Of a stretch of DNA of 64,000 nt, positions 57,392 through 64,000 are shown in pieces. The stretch is from an uncultured Candidatus Brevefilum sp. (GTDB lineage: Bacteria > Chloroflexota > Anaerolineae > Anaerolineales > Anaerolineaceae), in the NCBI GenBank assembly GCA_964411385.1, contig CAYPKT010000003.1, positions 137,302 to 201,301 on the forward strand. Direction: 5' to 3'. The notes under the pieces were generated by a model. The model had not been told where the DNA came from. It saw only the letters and a program-made list of their open reading frames with translations, and searched no databases. Numbering within the stretch: the stretch's first letter is position 1; every line of letters starts with the position of its first letter. Both the position numbers and the translations under genes were made by a program.

Positions 57392-58519
57392 TTAATTGAA
57401 GATCTCTGCAATAGCTTCGACAACGCAGGTGACCTGGTCTTCAGTCATGGTTGGGTAGAGCGGTAGGGTCACCTGGCGGCGGGCGACGGATTCGGTCAAG
57501 GGCAAGGGAGGGTTATGCCCATAAATTTTGAAACTGGTCACAGGGGGGTAATGCCAGCTAACTTGAATCCCTTTTTCTTTCATGGCGTCCATAAAGTGAC
57601 GCTTATCCGCATCACTGGGCAATAAGACCGGCATGATGTGGTAACTGCTTTGGCCACGTTGCTGTCCAAAGGGCACATTGATTTGGGGCGTTAAGCTGGC
57701 AAATTTCTCGCGATACAGTGCGGTTAGCTGTGCGCGGCGGCGATTGCCTGCCGCCACTTTTTTTAGCTGAACCCGCCCTAAGGCAGAGCGCAATTCGTCA
57801 ATACGGTAGTTGTAACCCAGGTCGACCACGTCGTAGGTGCTGGCGTGCCCTTGGTGGCGGTCCCAGGTGAGGGTGGTCATCCCGTGAGAGCGCAGGATGC
57901 GAATTTTTTCTGCCAATTCATCATCATCGGTAACCAACATGCCGCCTTCCGCGGTGGTCATGTTTTTGTTGGCAAAGAAAGAATAACAGCCAAGCTTTCC
58001 CCAGGAACCTAAGGCACGACCTTCCAATGAGGCGCCAACGGCGTGGGCAGCATCTTCAATCACTGCCAGGTTGTGCTGTTCTGCAATTTCAAGGATGGCT
58101 GGCATGTCACAGGGGTAACCGGCATAGTGCATCACCATGATGGCTTTGGTTTTATTAGTAATGGCTGCCTTAATGGATAGGGGCGAGATATTGAGCCAAT
58201 CCTCGCTTTCGATATCGACAAACACGGGTGTTGCATCGGTATAGCGGATGGTATTGGCACTGGCGACGAAGGTCAGCGCTGGTAGAATGACTTCATCCCC
58301 GACGCCTAATCCAGCGGCTAAGCAAGCTAAATGTAGCGCCGCGGTAGCATTTGTGACAGCAAAGGCATGTTTACAGCCAGCAAAGGTGGCAAATTCAGCT
58401 TCAAACGCCTGGGTGACAGCGCCCATCGAGAGCCAGCCAGAACGAATAACTTCAACGATGGCGGCTTCCTCTTCAGCGTTGAGGTTAAGGTCAGAAAGAG
58501 GGACTTTCCAATTGATCAT
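57392..58519 (-). CDS. DegT/DnrJ/EryC1/StrS-family PLP-dependent sugar aminotransferase
   Basis: 375 aa. Family pattern AVTNATAALHLA...DAAHAVGA...FSFFANKNMTTAEGG. Confidence 0.88.
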   Translation of the reverse strand: MINWKVPLSDLNLNAEEEAAIVEVIRSGWLSMGAVTQAFEAEFATFAGCKHAFAVTNATAALHLACLAAGLGVGDEVILPALTFVASANTIRYTDATPVFVDIESEDWLNISPLSIKAAITNKTKAIMVMHYAGYPCDMPAILEIAEQHNLAVIEDAAHAVGASLEGRALGSWGKLGCYSFFANKNMTTAEGGMLVTDDDELAEKIRILRSHGMTTLTWDRHQGHASTYDVVDLGYNYRIDELRSALGRVQLKKVAAGNRRRAQLTALYREKFASLTPQINVPFGQQRGQSSYHIMPVLLPSDADKRHFMDAMKEKGIQVSWHYPPVTSFKIYGHNPPLPLTESVARRQVTLPLYPTMTEDQVTCVVEAIAEIFN

Positions 58520-58531
58520 TAATGAAATCCT

Positions 58532-59245
58532 TTATGCTTTTGGTAAAAATTGTTCTCGCATTCTTTCGAAATCAAGGTTAGCCTGCGCGTAATCATCCGG
58601 GTTGCCCAAATCCATCCAATAGCCATTGAATGGGTAGCCAACCACGCGTTCTTTGGCTGAAAGCAACTTATGAACGAGGTCTGGAAAATCAAGATAATCG
58701 TCTTTTGGGACGTAGTCCAACACGCGAGGCTCAAAAATGTACATGCCCATGCTCACTTTATAATTCAGGGTGGGTTTTTCTACATAATCCGTGATCGAAA
58801 AATCGTTTTCTGCTTGCTTGATAATGCCCAAGTCAACTTTAAATTCTCGTTCATGCATCGCAATGGTACAAATCGCACCCTGTTGGTGGTGGAAAGTAAC
58901 CAGGTCAGTGATATCCAGTAAGGTTAGCACGTCACCGTTGCACACAAGAAAGGTTTCATCAAGATCAGGTATCAAAGCCAGAGGGCCTGCGGTCCCTAAG
59001 GGTTTAGACTCGAAAGAATAGGTGATATCGAGAGCATATTTTTGTCCGTCTTGAAAGAAAGCCTGCATTAAACCAGCGAGGTGACCTACTGTCAAAACAA
59101 CTTGCTTAATGCCGGCGCGTTTAAGCTGTCTTAGGAGGATTTCGAGAATCGCTTTATCTCCTACAGGCATCATTGGTTTGGGGATGACATAAGTGTAAGG
59201 GGCCAAGCGAGTGCCGCGTCCACCGGCAAGAATAATTGCTTTCAT
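58532..59245 (-). CDS. Sugar-phosphate nucleotidyltransferase
   Basis: N-terminal MKAIILAGGRGTRLAPYTYVIPKPMMPV signature. Confidence 0.85.
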   Translation of the reverse strand: MKAIILAGGRGTRLAPYTYVIPKPMMPVGDKAILEILLRQLKRAGIKQVVLTVGHLAGLMQAFFQDGQKYALDITYSFESKPLGTAGPLALIPDLDETFLVCNGDVLTLLDITDLVTFHHQQGAICTIAMHEREFKVDLGIIKQAENDFSITDYVEKPTLNYKVSMGMYIFEPRVLDYVPKDDYLDFPDLVHKLLSAKERVVGYPFNGYWMDLGNPDDYAQANLDFERMREQFLPKA

Positions 59246-59315
59246 AGGATTTAGCTTTCTAATTGTTTAATAGATTCGTAAACATAAAAATGAATAAGCC
59301 CTAACCCAGAAAAAA

Positions 59316-60308
59316 CTACATTGCGTACTTTCCAATGTGGTACCGATCAAGATGTTGGCGAACCCAGGCGATGGTCTGCTCTAAGCCGGTGCGGAGATCA
59401 ACTTCTGGCTGCCAGTTTAACAAAGTGCGTGCTTTACGGTTATCAGAAAGAAGGCGCATTACCTCGGAATGCTCTGGGCGCAAACGCTTGGGATCAACGC
59501 GTACCTCAACAGACCTGCCGATTAATTCAATCACCAATGCCGCTAATTCAGCGATACTGACCTCTGCGCCGTACCCCAGGTTGATCGTTTCCCCATTGAT
59601 ACCAGGGGTTGCCGCTGCCTTGATGAACCCGTCAACGGTGTCGCTAAGATAGGTGAAATCTCGCTTGGCGTCTAAATTGCCGAGATGAATTTCATCCTGC
59701 GTGAGCGCCTGGGTAATGATAGCAGGGATGACCGCCCGTGCAGATTGACCTGGCCCGTAGGTATTGAAGGGTCGCACGGTTACCGCTTGCAACTCATAGG
59801 AACGGACGTAACTTTCAACGAGCTTATCTGCGCCGATTTTGCTGGCTGAATAGGGAGATTGCCCCTGGAGGGGGTGATTCTCATCGATAGGGACACGAAG
59901 GGCGGTGCCGTACACTTCGCTGGTTGAGGTGTGCACCAGCGCACAGTTGTGTGCCCGGCAAGCTTGCAGAACATTTAGCGTGCCAATCAGGTTGCTTTCT
60001 ACAACTTCAACAGGGTGAAGGTATGAATAGGGAATTGAAATCAACGCTCCCAGGTGAAAAATTAAATCAGTTTTGGTTGCCGCCTGTGAGATTGCATCAT
60101 CATCACGCAAATCGCCGGCGATGATTTCGACCCTATTAAGAGTCTCTTCTGGCAATGATCGCAGCAAGCCAATATCGTCGCGGGAATTATAACGCACAAA
60201 GGCTCTCACATTTGCGCCAATGGCAGTTAATCTTTCGACAAGACTGGTTCCAATAAATCCGCCGGCACCGGTGACAAGGATATTTTTGTGTTGCAGGCTA
60301 TGAGACAT
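59316..60308 (-). CDS. NAD-dependent NDP-sugar epimerase/dehydratase (extended SDR)
   Basis: ILVTGAGGFIG Rossmann motif and catalytic YSASK. Confidence 0.85.
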   Translation of the reverse strand: MSHSLQHKNILVTGAGGFIGTSLVERLTAIGANVRAFVRYNSRDDIGLLRSLPEETLNRVEIIAGDLRDDDAISQAATKTDLIFHLGALISIPYSYLHPVEVVESNLIGTLNVLQACRAHNCALVHTSTSEVYGTALRVPIDENHPLQGQSPYSASKIGADKLVESYVRSYELQAVTVRPFNTYGPGQSARAVIPAIITQALTQDEIHLGNLDAKRDFTYLSDTVDGFIKAAATPGINGETINLGYGAEVSIAELAALVIELIGRSVEVRVDPKRLRPEHSEVMRLLSDNRKARTLLNWQPEVDLRTGLEQTIAWVRQHLDRYHIGKYAM

Positions 60309-61830
60309 TGCTTTGATTATCTTCTAGGTTCTCCAAAGATTGTTTAAATACTTTAAATAAATCGGGAATGATGATGGTTTGAGCTGCGGTAGATTGACAA
60401 ATTGTTAACAGGTTTTCCTGGCATTCGGTTGTGCAATTGGATATGGCAAATAAGATCAGACCAATATCATATTTCTCGACTAACCATGAAATATCATCAG
60501 TTGTCCCTATGACCCTGAAGCCCATAAGTTCTCGGTTTTGCTTGCGCAGATCGTCATCGACAATCCCAATGACTGTAAAAACGTCGGGGTAAGCACTGCG
60601 ATTTAACATCCATACTGCCAGCTCACCTAATTCACCGGCACCGACTACTAAAATGCGCTCTCCATAAGAAGCTTTACTGCCGCGCAATAAGATCCATCGA
60701 TTCGCCAGCCCGGTGATGATCCGTTCTCTAAAACGAACAGCGATCAAAGCGATTAAGATCATCAACCCCATTATCCAAAACAGGGCGAAATCGATCATAG
60801 GCTCAGCCAACCAAAAACGATTGATCGCCCACAAGGCAATCATAGCAACAAACACCGAAAAAGCAATATCAATTACATATGTGGGCCCAACTTTCCTCCA
60901 ATCAAGACGATGTAATCCTAAAGCTGAATTAATGATACCGATAAATAACGAAGCTAAGAAACCCCCAATTAGAAAAGTGGGAATGCCCAAGTGAAGAGGC
61001 GTATTAACACGCCAAATTAATCCCGCTAAACCAATGGTGATATAAACGACGATTAAATCGACGACAAACCAGGTAAAAATCCGGTGGGCGACGGTATAAA
61101 ACGTCCCCGCATAAAGATATTGCTCGCGAATATGAGCTTCATTTATTTTTGGGAGGAATGTAATCAGGGTTAAGAATAAAACATCAAGGTCACTAATGAA
61201 CGATTGATTGTCAATATATAGTTGGTCAAGCCTAAGCTTGTCGGGCAAAATACTGCGTACATAGTCATCGATGTAAGACCTGCCGGATAGCAGCTCCTCT
61301 TCGTTGCGATAAATAACCGAAGCGGGGCTGGTCATACCTGGGCGAATGGATAGAATTTTATCTCTTATCTCAGCTGGCCACTCTTCGACGAATTGAGGAT
61401 CTTCGGGTCGTGGGCCAACTAAACTCATATCCCCTTTTAGGACATTCCACAGTTGGGGAATCTCATTGAGTTTTGTGGCTCGAAGCCACTTCCCAATTGG
61501 TGTTACACGAGTATCGTTTTTAGTCGTTAATGGGGGGCCTTGTTGCGTTCCACTATTCTCGAACATCGTACGGAATTTTAACATGGCAAAGTATTTGCCA
61601 TGTTTACCAACTCGCGTGGCTTTATAGAAAATTGGCCCATGTGAGTCGCGTTTGATAGCGAAAGATACGATGGCAAACAACGGTGAAAGCAAAATCAAAC
61701 CAAAGAATGACAGGACGATGTCGAAGCCTCGTTTTAGAAAACGAGAAAAAGGTTTTTTTGTTAAAGATAATTTATTAGCAAAGGATTCTTTGAATAATTG
61801 AGTTTCTTCAGTATTAATCGTGTTTGTCAT
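60298..61830 (-). CDS. Polyprenyl-phosphate sugar phosphotransferase with reversed domain order (transferase domain first, then TM bundle plus Rossmann-like domain)
   Basis: N-terminal KRGFDIVLSFFGLILLSPLF...MLKFRTM...LNEIPQLWNVLKGDMSLVGPRPE. This is followed by about 5 TM helices and RILVVGAGELGELAVWML...VIGIVDDD. Confidence 0.8.
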   Translation of the reverse strand: MTNTINTEETQLFKESFANKLSLTKKPFSRFLKRGFDIVLSFFGLILLSPLFAIVSFAIKRDSHGPIFYKATRVGKHGKYFAMLKFRTMFENSGTQQGPPLTTKNDTRVTPIGKWLRATKLNEIPQLWNVLKGDMSLVGPRPEDPQFVEEWPAEIRDKILSIRPGMTSPASVIYRNEEELLSGRSYIDDYVRSILPDKLRLDQLYIDNQSFISDLDVLFLTLITFLPKINEAHIREQYLYAGTFYTVAHRIFTWFVVDLIVVYITIGLAGLIWRVNTPLHLGIPTFLIGGFLASLFIGIINSALGLHRLDWRKVGPTYVIDIAFSVFVAMIALWAINRFWLAEPMIDFALFWIMGLMILIALIAVRFRERIITGLANRWILLRGSKASYGERILVVGAGELGELAVWMLNRSAYPDVFTVIGIVDDDLRKQNRELMGFRVIGTTDDISWLVEKYDIGLILFAISNCTTECQENLLTICQSTAAQTIIIPDLFKVFKQSLENLEDNQSNVS

Positions 61831-62028
61831 ATACCTTAATTTGCCCCTGTCAATGGCTTGTTAAAGACCAAACTTATTAATTTAATGGAAGTGATTATAA
61901 CACAAATCAAATTTAAATTTGCTAAGTTGAGAAAATCGATGCTCAAGGGTAATCAATTATGAAGGATATTATTCTGGAAAGCATGTTGATTGTGAATTTT
62001 ACTTCACTCATTGAGATATCGCTCTAAG

Positions 62029-62466
62029 TTAATCGATAGCGAATTTCCTTTTCGTTAAATATTTTGTAATTAAAATTCCAAAAATGGCAGAAAGTGTGTC
62101 GAGCAAAATATCGGATAATGAGGCATGACGCCCAGGCACGAAAGATTGTAGGAGCTCATCCATGCAAGCAAAAATAAATATGATCACTAACGCCTTTGTA
62201 AAGGGATGTTGCGTTAACCCTAGCAATATGCGATAGATGATGCTGCCAAGCAAACCATAAACCAAAAAGTGAAAAGCTTTATACCAGTCAAACAGGGTAA
62301 GAAATGAAAGAAAACCCGTATAGTAGAGCCAATTTTGAATGGGTCTAGCAAATTGTTTGTAGGCGTTGTTAACAATATCTCCGCTGGTAGCGGACATGAA
62401 TAAAACTAGCGCCATTAATAAAATTGCCGAAAGATATTTAATATATGGTTTTGATGTGTTTGACAT
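62029..62466 (-). CDS. VanZ-like membrane protein
   Basis: 145 aa, 4 TM helices, motif ELLQSFVPGRHASLSDILLDTLSAIFG. Confidence 0.65.
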   Translation of the reverse strand: MSNTSKPYIKYLSAILLMALVLFMSATSGDIVNNAYKQFARPIQNWLYYTGFLSFLTLFDWYKAFHFLVYGLLGSIIYRILLGLTQHPFTKALVIIFIFACMDELLQSFVPGRHASLSDILLDTLSAIFGILITKYLTKRKFAID

Positions 62467-62500
62467 GGAAATGTTTTCGTCGCCAGGTTTTTAGGGTTAA

Positions 62501-63208
62501 TCACCTATTCGATTTTGTGATTAATACCAGATAATGAGTGTTAAAAATTTTCAGGAATTCTAAAAACGAGGCAAAGGGCCAGGAAATAGGGACGATTTTT
62601 CGAGCAATGGGTGGCGCCAATGTTATTTTTTTAAAATTAAAGTGACAGCCCGGAAACAATTGCCTGATTTCTTTAGGTTTAATACCCGCTGTTTGAGGGT
62701 TGGTGGGGTTCCACCAAAAATCGTACCAGATGATCAAGCCGGTGGGCTTTAGAATTCGCAACATATCAGCTGCCATCTTGTGTTTAACCAAAGGGTCGAG
62801 AACTGAAGTAAACGCGGTGTATTGTAATAAGAGATCGAAACAATCGCCAGGGAAGGGCAAGCACTGACCGTCTGCATTGGTGAATGATGAGCCGATAAGG
62901 CGGGCGTGGGCTTCGCGTAGGCGATTATGAAGTAGGTCGATGCCAAATAAATTGTCGGGTTTAGCGCCATAACGCAGAAAATCACAAAGGACGCCGCCGC
63001 TGCCACAGCCAATTTCGAGGGTTTTTAGCCGATCGAGATGGGTGATTCCTATTGCTGAAAGGAGTTTGATGAGCTGGCGTTCTCGCTGCTGAATGGCGAA
63101 TAGGTTAGCGCGATTGAAATGCGAGTAAAGATGAGATCCATGCAGGCGATTCTCGCGGGTTTTGTATTCATCACGTAAGCGTATGATGTCTTTGTTTGAA
63201 TTGTTCAT
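62501..63208 (-). CDS. Class I SAM-dependent methyltransferase
   Basis: Motif I LEIGCGSGG and the downstream FDLLLQY motif. Confidence 0.8.
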   Translation of the reverse strand: MNNSNKDIIRLRDEYKTRENRLHGSHLYSHFNRANLFAIQQRERQLIKLLSAIGITHLDRLKTLEIGCGSGGVLCDFLRYGAKPDNLFGIDLLHNRLREAHARLIGSSFTNADGQCLPFPGDCFDLLLQYTAFTSVLDPLVKHKMAADMLRILKPTGLIIWYDFWWNPTNPQTAGIKPKEIRQLFPGCHFNFKKITLAPPIARKIVPISWPFASFLEFLKIFNTHYLVLITKSNR

Positions 63209-63310
63209 TTAAATTCTAAAAGCAATTTCAGTATTTGTTTATAAAAAAATAAAAATAGTCCAAAATTAAGTTGAAAGGAGTTATCAAAATAAAACCATTC
63301 TAAATGATGC

Positions 63311-64000
63311 TTAGAGAAGTTCTTCCTTTTTTAAATATTTCAAAAAATCGGAAAAGATGTTTATTCGATTATAATTTTGGATAACATAGTTGTAGCCGTT
63401 TATTCCCATCTCTTCGCATATTAATGGATTATTGTAAAGCTCAAAAATCGAATCGTTTATCAAGTCAGGTCTGTCTGCTGGAACCCAAAGGCCAGCGTTG
63501 GCCTCTTTTACAATTGTGGAAGCCTCACCCTTTGGAGCGATTAAAAGTATTGGGAGCTTCATTGCCATTATTTCAAATAATTTTGATGGCAAAGCTTGAG
63601 CCATCAAGGGGATGTCTGCCAAAGGGACTAAGCCCACATCCCAGTGACACATTTCTAATAGAATCCTGTCGTGGGGCAAGTGACCTTTGTAAACAATATT
63701 ATTTATTGAATGCTGGTTACATTTTGTTAACAATTCTTCTTTTAAGGGTCCATCTCCATAAATCAGGAATTTGATATTTTCAATATACTCAATTTGAGAA
63801 AATGGGAGAATCAACGAAGATAAATTTTGACCATATCCAATTACACCAGCATATCCTATTGTGAATTGGTTCCGATGTGTTTTTGCTTCAGAATGTGCCA
63901 TATTATTAGATATAGTAATTTCTTCAGGGTTGATTCCATTCGTTAATAGATACACTTTTTTTTGGGGGAACCTGCTTTTTATGCTTTCGTAAATTCCCAA
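63311..64000 (-). CDS. Glycosyltransferase (GT4/GT1-like), C-terminal part; the gene continues beyond the window
   Basis: C-terminal GT-B half with LIYGDGPLKEEL...LPSKLFEIMAMKLPIL. The frame is open to nt 64000. Confidence 0.75.
   Translation of the reverse strand: MGIYESIKSRFPQKKVYLLTNGINPEEITISNNMAHSEAKTHRNQFTIGYAGVIGYGQNLSSLILPFSQIEYIENIKFLIYGDGPLKEELLTKCNQHSINNIVYKGHLPHDRILLEMCHWDVGLVPLADIPLMAQALPSKLFEIMAMKLPILLIAPKGEASTIVKEANAGLWVPADRPDLINDSIFELYNNPLICEEMGINGYNYVIQNYNRINIFSDFLKYLKKEELL

Overview
This is a 64-kb chromosomal window of low-to-moderate GC. I saw no rRNA, tRNA, CRISPR array, transposase or integrase. The gene content includes a class-I xylose isomerase, a PE-rich lipoprotein linker and LysM/Cys-rich envelope proteins. 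That hints at a monoderm-type lineage such as Chloroflexota/Anaerolineae, but this is a low-confidence guess.

Layout:
- 1-15.3 kb: housekeeping genes (malQ, glgA, an amidohydrolase-CYTH fusion, cinA-like, yraN, miaA, an acyl-CoA ligase, ftsH, efp).
- 15.6-19.9 kb: a tightly coupled DUF4956 / VTC-domain / LRR-CotH kinase operon.
- 20.8-39.4 kb: a carbohydrate-utilisation island. It holds a HisD-like dehydrogenase, an SDR, two ABC permeases, a GH130 phosphorylase, a large secreted hydrolase, a solute-binding lipoprotein, LacI, GH3, xylA, xylB, an AKR and a PfkB kinase. Two near-consensus promoters each carry a LacI-type palindrome.
- 39.7-64 kb: one long minus-strand cell-surface/exopolysaccharide locus with LMW-PTP, a LysM protein, a BY-kinase, DegT, an NDP-sugar module, a sugar transferase, VanZ-like proteins, a methyltransferase and a GT.

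The most unusual content is embedded in that last locus:
1. An unclassified RiPP-like cassette at 48.3-51.4 kb. It has a 61-aa Cys-containing precursor translationally coupled to a radical SAM/SPASM enzyme, a PqqD-like protein, a TM-less Sec11/SipW-type peptidase and an HprK-like kinase. A gingipain-like C25 peptidase and a PF14907 nucleotidyltransferase lie downstream.
2. An old ~2.7-2.8 kb tandem duplication of a two-gene module (a Cys-rich secreted FCHFNN protein plus a membrane-anchored partner). The junction still carries relics of both flanking genes.
3. Three intergenic arrays of a 7-bp purine-rich repeat (GRAWTAG).
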